DNA from: Pseudomonadota bacterium
GTDB taxonomy: Bacteria > Desulfobacterota > Desulfobacteria > Desulfobacterales > JBDRRP01
Assembly (NCBI GenBank): GCA_043825735.1
Contig: JBDRRP010000020.1
Coordinates: 1 to 51,934 of the forward strand
DNA: 51,934 nt
Direction: 5' to 3'
Numbering within the stretch: position 1 is the stretch's first letter; each line of letters begins with the position of its first letter. Shown piece after piece: positions 1 through 9,387 of the stretch. A program made the position numbers and the translations under genes. Under the pieces are notes generated by a model. That model saw nothing but the letters and a program-made list of their open reading frames with translations. It was not told where the DNA came from and made no database searches.

Positions 1-1107
1 GAGTTTGATCTGTTGATTGGCGGTATCGATTTGAACGGCACTGGACGTCGATGCCGGTGTGGCGGCCGTGTTCAGTATGCTGGCAATATCAATATCGGCT
101 GGGGTTTCCTCGGCGGTTTCCGGCGCCCACACCGGCGCCGTTGACGTGTTTGGCATCAGATCGATCTCATGGCTCTCGGTGGCCTGGGAACTCGACGGCC
201 CTGTCTTGCCTTGTGCGGAAACCGTGTGATTCTTTTCGCTGAAAATGACCAGATCGCGCGTTTTGTCAATTGACAGCGATTCAAGCCCTCTAATCCTTTT
301 GAGTGTCACTGGCGAGGCGGTTGTGTATTCTTCATAAGAATACATCCGTCGGACACCGGTGGTTGGGTTCAGCACATAAAAGGTGCCGCCATCCACATGA
401 AACACTGCTTCCGCAGTGGCGGGGTCGTCAAGACCCACCTCCAGATCCCCCGATCCGTCGACTGGAATCACGTTCTCGCCTGCCGCGTAGGAGGCATTTG
501 GATATACGGCCATGAGTATCGGCTGATTCTCGCCCGCTTGAAATGAATCTTTGACTTCCACGCGAAGGGTATCCGTATCCACATTCTCGCTGTCGACATT
601 CACCTCTGCCCAAAACAATTCTTTGTTAGTGCTCCCAAATGCGATGGCATCGCGCAAACTGTCGATGTTCACTAAATAAACGCCGGCTTTGATTTTAAAA
701 TAATCCGGAATGGTGGCGCCATCCGGCACGTTCAGATCGATTTTTTCTCCTGTACTTATGGACACGCTGGCTGCAGCAAGAAACCATTTTGGGAAAACAT
801 TCACGGTAAAGCTGTCGCCGTCACTGAGCGTGTACGTCGTATCATTGAGCGTTTGAATCACCGTCCGGTTATAAGCCTTTTTGAGCTCGCCAACCGCGTA
901 ACGGATGCCAGACTCGGCCAGATAGCCGGCTTGCCGGGCATCGTCACCGGTTACGGACACCAAGTTTGATGTGGTGTATATGGACACCAACGCCGCCCCC
1001 AGCGCGGCGAACAGCATCATCACGACAATTGTGTAGACGAGCATGTTGCCGTCCTGTCTTCCCGACAGGGGCGAATCGATTCGGAAGTGGTTTAATCGTA
1101 ATGCCAT
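1..1107 (-). CDS. Large PilX/MshP-like pilus-associated protein, runs off the left edge (partial)
   Basis: Not in the ORF track; translated by hand. ATG at 1107 after GGAG gives MALRLNHFRIDSPLSGRQDG|NMLVYTIVVMMLFAALGAALVSIY...QAGYLAESGIRYA, a PilX-type N-terminus (hydrophobic helix then AxYLAESG). I found no stop in this frame down to base 1. Confidence 0.75.
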   Translation of the reverse strand, partial: MALRLNHFRIDSPLSGRQDGNMLVYTIVVMMLFAALGAALVSIYTTSNLVSVTGDDARQAGYLAESGIRYAVGELKKAYNRTVIQTLNDTTYTLSDGDSFTVNVFPKWFLAAASVSISTGEKIDLNVPDGATIPDYFKIKAGVYLVNIDSLRDAIAFGSTNKELFWAEVNVDSENVDTDTLRVEVKDSFQAGENQPILMAVYPNASYAAGENVIPVDGSGDLEVGLDDPATAEAVFHVDGGTFYVLNPTTGVRRMYSYEEYTTASPVTLKRIRGLESLSIDKTRDLVIFSEKNHTVSAQGKTGPSSSQATESHEIDLMPNTSTAPVWAPETAEETPADIDIASILNTAATPASTSSAVQIDTANQQIKL

Positions 1108-1157
1108 TATGCTCCGGTCTTGTGTTTTCCTTGTGCCCGTCTTGATTACCACGAAGT

Positions 1158-1304
1158 TCACGATGGTTCTTTAATCTCATTGTGCCTGGGGACAGTTTCA
1201 ATCGCACCGTTCTTCGGGTTTATCCAGAGTGAATGTGAAGCGCCTTCTCTTTTCAGATAGCAACCTGCGATTCTCAGCCTTCGTTCCAAATCCCGTCGCT
1301 TCAT
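1158..1304 (-). pseudogene. hicA: HicA-family mRNA interferase, apparently C-terminally truncated (48 aa)
   Basis: Hand translation: MKRRDLERRLRIAGCYLKREGASHSLWINPKNGAIETVPRHNEIKEPS*. Has the HicA G-x-S-H and VPRH motifs; ATG overlaps the hicB stop (ATGA); lacks the last helix of typical ~60-aa HicA. Confidence 0.7.
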
Positions 1305-1519
1305 CCGACCATCACCTTATCTTGGATAGCGTCATCGGGAAGCCCTCGGAGGATATCAGCCTTTCGGTCCTCTAAGAGCAACTCTTTAGCCTCACGAAGA
1401 TTATTCTTTGCCTCCGCTATTGTTTCGCCCTGACCATTGGCACCTGGCACTTCCGGGCAAATCGCCCAGAAGCCACCCTCAGGCGCAGGTTCCAGTATTG
1501 CAGTAAATTCCGCCTTCAT
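1301..1519 (-). CDS. hicB: HicB-family antitoxin (short form, no DNA-binding domain)
   Basis: MKAEFTAILEPAPEGGFWAICPEVPGANGQGETIAEAKNNLREA is a HicB-like motif. Start set at ATG 1519 after GGGAGA. Confidence 0.85.
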   Translation of the reverse strand: MKAEFTAILEPAPEGGFWAICPEVPGANGQGETIAEAKNNLREAKELLLEDRKADILRGLPDDAIQDKVMVG

Positions 1520-1607
1520 TTTTAATCTCCCTTTTTTGACCAAACAAACATTATACCGATAGCGCAAATATCACAGATGCCCCCCAACCGTTCGTGTTTA
1601 CCGATCA

Positions 1608-1670
1608 CGGGCGGGGATCAGCCTTCGCCAAGGCTACGGCGGACAGGTAAACCCCGCACCCTACGAAAAC
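1608..1670. repeat. REP-like GTAG hairpin carrying the 30-nt insert (copy 1)
   Basis: Reverse complement of 3295-3357 with one mismatch in 63 nt. Confidence 0.9.
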
Positions 1671-1700
1671 CCTTCCTGCGCAGCTTTGAAAATCCTATCG

Positions 1701-2219
1701 TTACGGCATGTTCGATAAATTGCGCGGAAAGGCTGTTAACTTAAATGGTGGTCTGATGCCTCCGATGCCCGCTATATTGAATTCGATGTCTACATAGGCG
1801 ATGCCATTGTTCAAATTGACACCGTCTGCCGGGGCCGCAGAAAGCTTGAAAGCTGAGATATCGCCAATGAGAGGATACGTGCCTCCGGTAGTTGTCAGAT
1901 TGATCCTTTTTTGTGCGCTGTCGTAGGAAAGGGTTCGCGTTAGATTGGGCGTCAACACCGCGTGTGTGTAGGCAATTGAGGTATCGGTGACCACCGTGAT
2001 GGTCTGCGTGGGATCGATGCCCGTCAATTCGGCATACATCCTGTTAATGGCAATCTGCGCCTTCAATGCACCTTCCGAAGCGGTAGTGGCGGTTTCATAG
2101 CCCTTAATCCCAGTGACGATAAACATGCCGGCAACCGATGCCAATATCCCCACCAGCAATAGGGAGGCAATGACCTCCACCAGCGTAAATCCATCGGACT
2201 GCGGCGTTGGGTATGGCAT
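1701..2219 (-). CDS. Minor pilin/pseudopilin (MshO/PilW-like)
   Basis: Class III signal G|FTLVEVIASLLLVGILA. Confidence 0.88.
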   Translation of the reverse strand: MPYPTPQSDGFTLVEVIASLLLVGILASVAGMFIVTGIKGYETATTASEGALKAQIAINRMYAELTGIDPTQTITVVTDTSIAYTHAVLTPNLTRTLSYDSAQKRINLTTTGGTYPLIGDISAFKLSAAPADGVNLNNGIAYVDIEFNIAGIGGIRPPFKLTAFPRNLSNMP

Positions 2220-2674
2220 CAGAAATTGACCTTTGGATCAGTGGCCAGCGTGCGGCTCTTGGAAAAAATTGTGACGATGCTGGCATTTCCTGTCGTTACG
2301 GTAACTTTGAGGTAATTACTACCGCCGGTCGTTTCCTGACCGGCACCATTGAAATCGATGTATGATGTTGCCACCGTCGTAGCCCCGGAATTGTAATTTC
2401 CGTTTAATACATTCGTTTCTATCGTGGTCAACGCAGTGGATGGCGTACCGCTGTTCACGGCAATGACATAGTCGGAAATGATTTTCTCCATAATGGAGAC
2501 CCGCCCTGCCGCTGCCTGTACGCGATCGATCGGAAGCGTGGAATCCTCCAGCGCACTCGCCATAAACTGTGCAGCCATGGCCCCCAGAATGCCAATCAAA
2601 ACAATGGCGGCGATGATTTCCGGCAAGGTAAAGCCACTGTCCCTTGAAAGGGTGCAGAAAGCATTCTTCTTCAT
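2219..2674 (-). CDS. Minor pilin/pseudopilin (MshD/PilV-like)
   Basis: G|FTLPEIIAAIVLIGILG prepilin motif; overlaps both neighbouring genes. Confidence 0.88.
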   Translation of the reverse strand: MKKNAFCTLSRDSGFTLPEIIAAIVLIGILGAMAAQFMASALEDSTLPIDRVQAAAGRVSIMEKIISDYVIAVNSGTPSTALTTIETNVLNGNYNSGATTVATSYIDFNGAGQETTGGSNYLKVTVTTGNASIVTIFSKSRTLATDPKVNF

Positions 2675-3177
2675 TGTACATAGCCCGTTTCAGGACTCAG
2701 AGTGGATGTCAAATCCCCAGTCTGAATAGATAACGGCGACGTATATGCCGTATTGGTATCGGCACTGGTGTAGGATGAAAATGGGCGCCCATAACCGTCG
2801 TAGAACACGGTGAAATTGGATATATCAGCGAAATCGACAGTGGCATTGCTCTCGCTTGGAAAGGTTTGCCGGTTTGCCGTGAGGTCTGGATCGGTATTGT
2901 AAAACAGCCAATAGCCGGTGCCGTTGCTCTTTACCCCCCGCACGGCATTCTGTTTTAAGGCAAGGGACTGAGCATAGCGCAGGTGGTTGTGAAGGCGATT
3001 GGTTTTTACCCGGTTATCGATGGTCTGGACATTGATACTACGACTGATGACAACAGCGGTCAGGATTCCAAGGATCAGCAGGACGGCGATCATTTCGATG
3101 AGGGTGGCACCGGACGGTGAGCCATCCAAATAGGGAATATTACTGACACGCCTATCTTCGGCTTTAAGATTATCCAT
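2671..3177 (-). CDS. Minor pilin (MshC/FimU/GspH-like)
   Basis: G|ATLIEMIAVLLILGIL and LRYAQSLA; FYDGYGRP near the C-terminus as in FimT/GspH-like proteins. Start uncertain (3198 or 3177). Confidence 0.82.
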   Translation of the reverse strand: MDNLKAEDRRVSNIPYLDGSPSGATLIEMIAVLLILGILTAVVISRSINVQTIDNRVKTNRLHNHLRYAQSLALKQNAVRGVKSNGTGYWLFYNTDPDLTANRQTFPSESNATVDFADISNFTVFYDGYGRPFSSYTSADTNTAYTSPLSIQTGDLTSTLSPETGYVQ

Positions 3178-3230
3178 ACCGCCACCACGGTTTGTCAATT
3201 GATTCGGCTTTGCTGAGCCGATGTGCTGTA

Positions 3231-3259
3231 AATATAACTTTATAAAATAAATCAGTCAA
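3231..3259 (-). promoter_or_regulatory. Putative sigma70 promoter for the minor pilin operon
   Basis: Minus strand TTGACT-17 nt-TATATT upstream of the 3177/3198 start. Confidence 0.5.
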
Positions 3260-3294
3260 TTATAATGCCCCCCGCGCAATGTATCGAGACAGTT

Positions 3295-3429
3295 GTTTTC
3301 GTAGGGTGCGGGTTTTACCTGTCCGCCGTAGCCTTGGCGAAGGCTGATCCCCGCCCGGGGGTTGCCGAAGCACCCGCCGGCATGGCCAGTGCGCGGCGTT
3401 GCGGGAGGGGGTGAACCCCTCGCCCTACA
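3295..3429. repeat. Paired REP-like element (copy 2): left arm with insert, right arm empty
   Basis: GTAGGG...CCCTAC ends; internal gaagcacccgccggcatg linker shared with copies at 5655 and 11132. Confidence 0.9.
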
Positions 3430-3432
3430 ATT

Positions 3433-3567
3433 TTGACAAACTCGTAAAAAAGCAGATTTCTCGCCAAGACGCCAAGCACGCCAAGAAAGAATTAATTAAT
3501 ATCATTGTGTTAACTTTGCGATCTTGGCGGCTTTGCGAGAGATCCCGACTTTTTACCGATCAATCAA
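3433..3567. repeat. MITE-like palindromic element inserted in the REP array
   Basis: Imperfect terminal inverted repeats TTGA..CGTAAAAAAG / CTTTTTACCG..TCAA; internal tctcgccaagacgccaag...cttggcggctttgcgaga hairpin; CAATTTT at both junctions. Confidence 0.65.
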
Positions 3568-3584
3568 TTTTCCTAACTACGCCT

Positions 3585-3643
3585 GTAAGGGTTTTCGTAG
3601 GGAGCGGTGTTGACCCCCGCCCGGGGTTTTCAAGGCACCGCCC
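3585..3643. repeat. REP-like half element (copy 3, empty hairpin)
   Basis: gtaagggttttcgtagggagcgg...cccccgcccggggttttcaaggcacc resembles the left arm at 11132. Confidence 0.75.
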
Positions 3644-3807
3644 AGTGGAAAGATCATTGATCCGAAGCGCGTGCAATGGTATAAAAGCACATGCACTTTG
3701 ACTGAGATTTCAAATAATTATAAACTTCGCACACTCCCGCAAAACGGTATCCGGCCCACATGTTGTCTTCTCAAGACGGCTTTTGCATCCACGTCAGCGA
3801 ATCGACC

Positions 3808-5622
3808 ATGAGACGGTGGGTCACACCGGGGTTGGGCCTCTTCCTGCTGGCCGTTTTACTCCTGATCATCTATTGGCCGGGGTTTTCAGGCCAGTGGTTT
3901 CTGGACGATTTCGGAAACATTCACGAAAACCCCAATGTCCACGCCGATTCCCTGTCCTGGGACGCGATTCACCCGGCCATTTACGGACGCTCGGAGGCGC
4001 ATCAGCGGATAGATCGCCCCATCGCCTACCTCACCCTGGCGGCAAACTATGCGCTTGGCGGCACCGATCCGACCGGCTATCACGTTGTCAACTTTCTGAT
4101 CCATATCCTCGCCACTGGCGTCATCTATCTGCTGGCACGCACGACCCTGGCACTTCCGGGGATCAAGGAGCGATACGGCAGCAGCGCCCACGCCATCTCT
4201 CTGCTGGGAGCCCTGCTGTGGGCCGTCCACCCGATCCAGGTAACCGCTGTTACCTATGTCATTCAAAGAATGGCCGCCATGGCAGCGCTGTTCAGCCTTG
4301 CGGCCCTGCTCTGTTTCGCCCGCGGCAAAATATCGACTACGAATTCTCGAAAAACCCTCTGGTATCTCCTTTGTCTGGTCTTGGGGTTGCTGGCCTTCGG
4401 AAGCAAGCAAAACGCGGTGATGCTGCCGGTGTCCATAACTTTCTACACATGGGTGTTCTTACCGGCTTCCTCCAGCGGCAGGATCCACATGGGCCGTTGG
4501 CTCTGGCCTGCGGGCGGCATCATCCTCATCGCTATTGTCGCCGGCCACTATGTGGGGATAGACACCCTGACCAGCGGATTCCGTGATCGGCCCTTCACTC
4601 TGGGAGAGCGCCTGCTGACCGAACCCCGAATCATCTGGTTTTATCTGTGGCTGCTGGTTTACCCCATCAGTTCACAGTTTGCCCTTCTCCACGATGTTAC
4701 CGTTTCAACCGGTTTCATGACCCCTTGGACGACCGGTATTTCAATAATGCTTCTTGTGGCCCTTGCCGCCGTCGCTGTCAACCAGCGTCGAAAACGCCCC
4801 CTGTTCTCCTTCGGAATCCTGTTTTTTCTTGTCAATCATGCGGTTGAGGGCTCCGTACTCCCATTGGAACTGGTTTTCGAGCACCGGAACTACCTGCCCA
4901 GCGTGTTTCTCTGTGTGGCTGCCGGCGCCGGGATTATCGCCGTCATCGATCATTTTTCAACGAGTCGGTTTGTCCGAGACATGGTCATTGCCTGCATCAT
5001 CCTGGTCATTATCGCTGCAGGCCATACGACATTCATGCGAAACGATCTCTTCACAAGTCGCGTGGCCTTGTGGCAGCAAAACGTCGATACCTATCCTGAT
5101 CTGCACCGGCCCCGGCACAATCTGGGCCGCGCTTTATTCGATATAGGCGATATTGAATCCGGGTTGTCGCAAATGGAAGCATCCCTTAAAAGCAGAAGCG
5201 GTGCACGGCTGGCCCAGAAGCTGGTGACCTATTTCAACCTCGGGCTGGCTTATCGCGCCAAGGGAGATCTCTCCGCAGCCGAGGCAGCGTTCCGTGAAGT
5301 GGTAGCATTGGCGAGGCGGCACAAGAATTCATGGTATCAGTTGGCCTATATCGCACTGGACAGGCATCGCCCGCGGGAGGCCATGGCACTGGCCGAGCGT
5401 GCAGCAGCAATCGGTGGAGAAAAATTTCATTTCCACGTCATCATGGGGATGGCGGCCTTGGATGAAAACGATGTTGAATCAGCCCGCGCACATGCCCGGG
5501 CTGCTCTGAAATATCCTTGGCAGGATCAGGCACTCTTTTGCCTGCTGGGGGACATTGCGGTCGCTACCGGCAAGCCTGTTCAAACATCCTATTTTCTCCG
5601 AAGATGTCCCTTTTCACGGTAG
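3808..5622 (+). CDS. TMTC-like GT-C membrane glycosyltransferase with C-terminal TPR repeats
   Basis: FLDD in the first loop, RPxxYL, HPIQVTAVTYVIQR, SKQNA and EHRNYLP motifs; many TM helices; TPR-like C-terminus. Start set at ATG 3808. Confidence 0.82.
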   Translation: MRRWVTPGLGLFLLAVLLLIIYWPGFSGQWFLDDFGNIHENPNVHADSLSWDAIHPAIYGRSEAHQRIDRPIAYLTLAANYALGGTDPTGYHVVNFLIHILATGVIYLLARTTLALPGIKERYGSSAHAISLLGALLWAVHPIQVTAVTYVIQRMAAMAALFSLAALLCFARGKISTTNSRKTLWYLLCLVLGLLAFGSKQNAVMLPVSITFYTWVFLPASSSGRIHMGRWLWPAGGIILIAIVAGHYVGIDTLTSGFRDRPFTLGERLLTEPRIIWFYLWLLVYPISSQFALLHDVTVSTGFMTPWTTGISIMLLVALAAVAVNQRRKRPLFSFGILFFLVNHAVEGSVLPLELVFEHRNYLPSVFLCVAAGAGIIAVIDHFSTSRFVRDMVIACIILVIIAAGHTTFMRNDLFTSRVALWQQNVDTYPDLHRPRHNLGRALFDIGDIESGLSQMEASLKSRSGARLAQKLVTYFNLGLAYRAKGDLSAAEAAFREVVALARRHKNSWYQLAYIALDRHRPREAMALAERAAAIGGEKFHFHVIMGMAALDENDVESARAHARAALKYPWQDQALFCLLGDIAVATGKPVQTSYFLRRCPFSR

Positions 5623-5654
5623 CGGTTACCAGGAATTACTGCGCCGCAAACGGA

Positions 5655-5790
5655 TTTCGTGGGGTGCGGGGTTTTCCACCCGCTGGGACTTTCGAAGCAC
5701 CCGCCGACATGACCGATCCGCGGCGTTGCGGGAGGGGATCCGCCTTCGCCAAGGCTATGGCGGACAGGTAAACCCCTCGCCCTACATTTT
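5655..5790. repeat. Paired REP-like element (copy 4): right arm with 30-nt insert
   Basis: Right arm nearly identical to those at 11132-11268 and 21232-21292. Confidence 0.9.
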
Positions 5791-5923
5791 CAGGCAACGC
5801 GGGGACGGTTGTCGGGTGAGAACCCTATGCCCCAAGCAGGGCGCGGAAATAAGAAAAGACTTGCGCGGCCATCGGCGTGTGCGATCCGGGAGTTTCCAGA
5901 CGGAACGACATGGTTCGAAAAAC

Positions 5924-5957
5924 AAAAACTCCCGTCGCTCACGCGGCGGGAGTTTTT
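5924..5957. terminator. Bidirectional intrinsic terminator between the convergent glycosyltransferase and pilin genes
   Basis: AAAAACTCCCGTCGC-tcac-GCGGCGGGAGTTTTT. Confidence 0.8.
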
Positions 5958-6015
5958 AATATCGTCAGGGGATCTTAATTCTGATGCCGGAGAAAAACCG
6001 ATTCACATATATGTA

Positions 6016-6444
6016 TCATTGCGTATACCGTGGCAATTCGATTACTTTGGTAAAAGACTCTTTTGTGCCTTTAGCGGCATCAATAATATAATCTAATGTT
6101 ACGTCGAATTTTCCTGTTGTTTTATCACTGCTTGTCAAAGTGAAAGTTGTGACATCAAAATCAGCTCCGAGATTTGTCCCGATTTCAGCAATGCTGGGTG
6201 TGCCCGATGTTGCCCATATCTGTGTCCAGGTATAACCTTCCAAAAGCTTTTGAGCAAAGTACTGGTTGACCCGAACCTTCATTTCCGACATGGCCGTATA
6301 CACAGCTTTATCGCGCGCCTTCGACTGCAGATCAAAAAACTTAGGTACCGCAACGGCCGCCAGGATGCCGAGGATGACCAGAACGGCGATGATTTCAATC
6401 AGCGTGAAGCCGCCTTGGTCCTTAAGAAGATGTCTTTTACTCAT
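6016..6444 (-). CDS. Major type IV pilin (MshA/PilA-like)
   Basis: MSKRHLLKDQGG|FTLIEIIAVLVILGILAAVAVPKF; has its own sigma54 promoter and terminator. Start set at ATG 6444 after GAGG. Confidence 0.9.
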   Translation of the reverse strand: MSKRHLLKDQGGFTLIEIIAVLVILGILAAVAVPKFFDLQSKARDKAVYTAMSEMKVRVNQYFAQKLLEGYTWTQIWATSGTPSIAEIGTNLGADFDVTTFTLTSSDKTTGKFDVTLDYIIDAAKGTKESFTKVIELPRYTQ

Positions 6445-6565
6445 GGGGTCCTCTCTTTCCGTGCGCTGGCAGCCTATGCCACCGATTTTGATGCCATCCC
6501 GAGCAATATGCCATTTCAACTGTTTAAGTTTTACCGGTACAGAATCTACGGTACTTAAGTAGTAA

Positions 6566-6581
6566 TGCAAAGCCCATGCCA
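6566..6581 (-). promoter_or_regulatory. Sigma54 (-24/-12) promoter of the pilin gene
   Basis: Minus strand TGGCAT-GGGCT-TTGCA fits TGGCAC-N5-TTGCW; a sigma54 activator gene lies immediately upstream. Confidence 0.8.
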
Positions 6582-6727
6582 GAGATACTATTAAGAAGCC
6601 ATAGTCATAAAATAGAATATAAATTCAGGATATTATGGGCAAATTTGACTACTTTATATGCAAAAACATGGCTGTGTATGCTATTTCACACTACGTGTCC
6701 AACTATTTTTAATTACATTGGAAACAA

Positions 6728-6750
6728 TTTTCTACAAAGTTTGTAGAAAA
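6728..6750. promoter_or_regulatory. Perfect palindrome, candidate upstream activator sequence
   Basis: TTTTCTACAAA-G-TTTGTAGAAAA, about 150 bp upstream of the sigma54 promoter across an AT-rich spacer. Confidence 0.55.
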
Positions 6751-6757
6751 ATCATCA

Positions 6758-8134
6758 TCAATTGTTGTTTTTCATGGAAACCACATCAATGTCATACTTT
6801 TTTATCCGGTGCCACAGACTACGCTGGTTGATTCCCAACAATTCAGCGGCCCGCACCTGGACGCCGCCTGTTTTTCTGAGCGCTTCCATAATATAGACCC
6901 GCTCGATCTCCTGCAGCTGGTCATCGATACTCTGATGTTCCTTCTTGTCTGAGGCATTGAGCAGCTGGGTGGATATCCCCTTGGTGATGGCGTCCGGCAA
7001 ATGATCTATTTCGATAACATCGTCGGCCATTACGGCGGCCCGTTCCATGACATTCTGGAGTTCACGAATGTTTCCCGGCCAGTTGTAGCCCATGAGAAGT
7101 TGCAGCGCACTGGCGGAAATAGTGGCTGGTTTTGGGGCATTTTGCATGAACCGTTCGATGAGCAGCGGGATATCCTCCTTGCGTTCACGCAGCGGCGGGA
7201 GATACAGCGAGAAAACATTGAGCCTGAAAAACAGATCCTCTCGGAATCGGCCGTTTTTGACCATTTCTTCCAGGGGTTGGTTCGTGGCTGCGATGAACCG
7301 AACGTTGACCTTGATGGGTTTTGTGCCACCGACCCGGTCGAACTCGCGCTCCTGCAGTACGCGAAGTATTTTAGCCTGCAAGTTGAGCGGCATGTCTCCG
7401 ATCTCATCCAGAAAAATGGTCCCTCCGTTGGCGATTTCAAATTTTCCGATTTTTCGTGTCACCGCACCGGTAAAAGCACCTTTTTCATGACCGAAAAGTT
7501 CGCTCTCCAGGAGCTCCTCGGGCATGGCCGCGCAGTTGAGTTTAACGAACGGCTTGTCCGCCCGATTGCTTTGCCGGTAAATACTGGTGGCCACAAGCTC
7601 TTTGCCCGTGCCGCTATCTCCCAGAATGAGCACCGTCGAATCGGCAGGCGCCACTTTCATAATTTGGCTGAGGACGCCGCGCATGGCGATACTTTCACCG
7701 ATAATCTCCGGAAACAACTGGCGGGCATCGACCTTGCTGAGCACATCGGTAACCCGTTTGAACATGGTGGTGTAGCGCTGCAGCTCATCGCCCATTGATC
7801 CGCCGTCGCTGGCCTCGCCCACATGAGCCGACAGCGCAGGGACCTTGCTGGCTTCCCGAAGGAACGCCTGCATGGGTTTTAACATGATGTGCACCACCAG
7901 AAATCCGCAGATAAACGCCACCGCGCCCATGAAAGCGACCCAGAGGTTGATCGGGGTGCCGGGTGGCGTTCCCTGTCTGAGGAATGCCGCTGTTAGCTGG
8001 AAGGCAACGATCCCTGAAATTATGGTCAGCCCGGAGAAAATCAGCGGTATGATCACATACAGACTGACGTAAAACCGCGATTGTTTTTTGCTATGGTCAA
8101 CAACCTTTTTGGATTCCGACTGGCGGCTGGTCAT
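6758..8134 (-). CDS. Sigma54-dependent enhancer-binding protein with two N-terminal TM helices
   Basis: [28 protein letters not shown] and C-terminal Fis HTH; two hydrophobic helices in place of a receiver domain. Start set at ATG 8134. Confidence 0.92.
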   Translation of the reverse strand: MTSRQSESKKVVDHSKKQSRFYVSLYVIIPLIFSGLTIISGIVAFQLTAAFLRQGTPPGTPINLWVAFMGAVAFICGFLVVHIMLKPMQAFLREASKVPALSAHVGEASDGGSMGDELQRYTTMFKRVTDVLSKVDARQLFPEIIGESIAMRGVLSQIMKVAPADSTVLILGDSGTGKELVATSIYRQSNRADKPFVKLNCAAMPEELLESELFGHEKGAFTGAVTRKIGKFEIANGGTIFLDEIGDMPLNLQAKILRVLQEREFDRVGGTKPIKVNVRFIAATNQPLEEMVKNGRFREDLFFRLNVFSLYLPPLRERKEDIPLLIERFMQNAPKPATISASALQLLMGYNWPGNIRELQNVMERAAVMADDVIEIDHLPDAITKGISTQLLNASDKKEHQSIDDQLQEIERVYIMEALRKTGGVQVRAAELLGINQRSLWHRIKKYDIDVVSMKNNN

Positions 8135-8160
8135 GGCTGCGCCCCACTTTGTTGAAAAAT

Positions 8161-9387
8161 TTACTTCACCACTCCGATCATGTCCCACATGGGAAGAAAT
8201 ATCGCCAGCGCGAAGAATCCCACTACAAAGGCCAACCCCACGGTGAGGGCGGGCCCCACGGCATCGGAGAGTTTTTTCATGGCGTATTCCACCTCCGTGT
8301 CATAGTGCGAAGATACTTCGCTGAGCATCTCTTCCAAGTTGCCGGATTCTTCTCCGATAGCCACCATGTTGACCATAATCGGTGTAAAATATTTAGCTTT
8401 TCTCAACGGGTCGGCAATCCCACGGCCTTCCTCCAACCGCTCGTTGATGGTTTCGAATTCCCGGGAAATAGCCGCATTGCCCATCGTTCCGGACAAAATA
8501 TTCATCGACGCCAGGATGCTGACCCCGCTGGACTGGAGGATGGCAAAGATGCTGGCAAAGCGGCTCATGGAGGCTTTTATAAAAAGGCTTCCCACAACAG
8601 GTATTTGCAGCATGGCGGCATCCCTGGCATACCGGCCCTGGGGCGTTTTGAAATAGTAAAACAGCCCGACACCTGCCGCCACCGCAGCCCCAATCAACAG
8701 GTACCAGTAATTGGAAAGAAAGTTATACAGATACAGGCAGATCTGTGTCGGCAGGGGTAGTTCGAGTTTTGCGTTCAGAAAAATCCTGACAAAACGCGGT
8801 ATGACGAAGGTCAGCAATACAAAAAAGGCCACCGTGAGGAACACCAGCACGATAATAGGATACTGGAGTGCGGCAACGATGTCAGAGCGGATTTTGTTTT
8901 CATGGTCAATGATGTAAATCAGTCGGTCAAGTACGGCAGGCAATGCCCCACTGGCTTCGCCAGCCTGAACCATGCCACAATAAAGTGGGGAGAACACCCG
9001 GGGATGCGCCGCAAAGGCCGTGTACAGGCTAGCCCCCTCCTGGATATCCTTTCGCATGGTTCGGCATACCCGGATCAAAGTAAAGTTTTCCGACTGTTGC
9101 CCGAGAATCTGCAGCAGGTTCACGATGGACACTCCGGCTTTGAGCATCGTTCGAAACTGCTTGGTAAACAGAATCAACTCCGGCGCTTTAACGCCGGTCA
9201 GCCGCTCACGGAGGGCGTCTAAGCTGAAGCCACCGCCGCCCCGCTGCTCGGTGATCGACATGGGCAGCAGCCCCCTGGCCTGGATCATGCTGGCAGCGGC
9301 CTCTGCGGAATCCGCCTCGATCACTTCCTTTACGGGCTTTCCGTTGGCATCGATGGCTTTGAAGGCATATTTGAGGAGCATGGTCAC
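8161..9387 (-). CDS. pilC: Type IV pilus/T2SS inner-membrane platform protein (PilC/MshG/GspF)
   Basis: Two T2SSF repeats: AGEASGAL...ALQYP and GEESGNL...AIFLPMW. Confidence 0.92.
   Translation of the reverse strand: MTMLLKYAFKAIDANGKPVKEVIEADSAEAAASMIQARGLLPMSITEQRGGGGFSLDALRERLTGVKAPELILFTKQFRTMLKAGVSIVNLLQILGQQSENFTLIRVCRTMRKDIQEGASLYTAFAAHPRVFSPLYCGMVQAGEASGALPAVLDRLIYIIDHENKIRSDIVAALQYPIIVLVFLTVAFFVLLTFVIPRFVRIFLNAKLELPLPTQICLYLYNFLSNYWYLLIGAAVAAGVGLFYYFKTPQGRYARDAAMLQIPVVGSLFIKASMSRFASIFAILQSSGVSILASMNILSGTMGNAAISREFETINERLEEGRGIADPLRKAKYFTPIMVNMVAIGEESGNLEEMLSEVSSHYDTEVEYAMKKLSDAVGPALTVGLAFVVGFFALAIFLPMWDMIGVVK

Noticed and set aside
3399..3701. Short ORFs over repeats (also 5555-5959, 11081-11360, 21085-21306)
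   Set aside because: They are translations of REP/MITE sequence (recurring LSAIALAKADP and GVNPSPY peptides).
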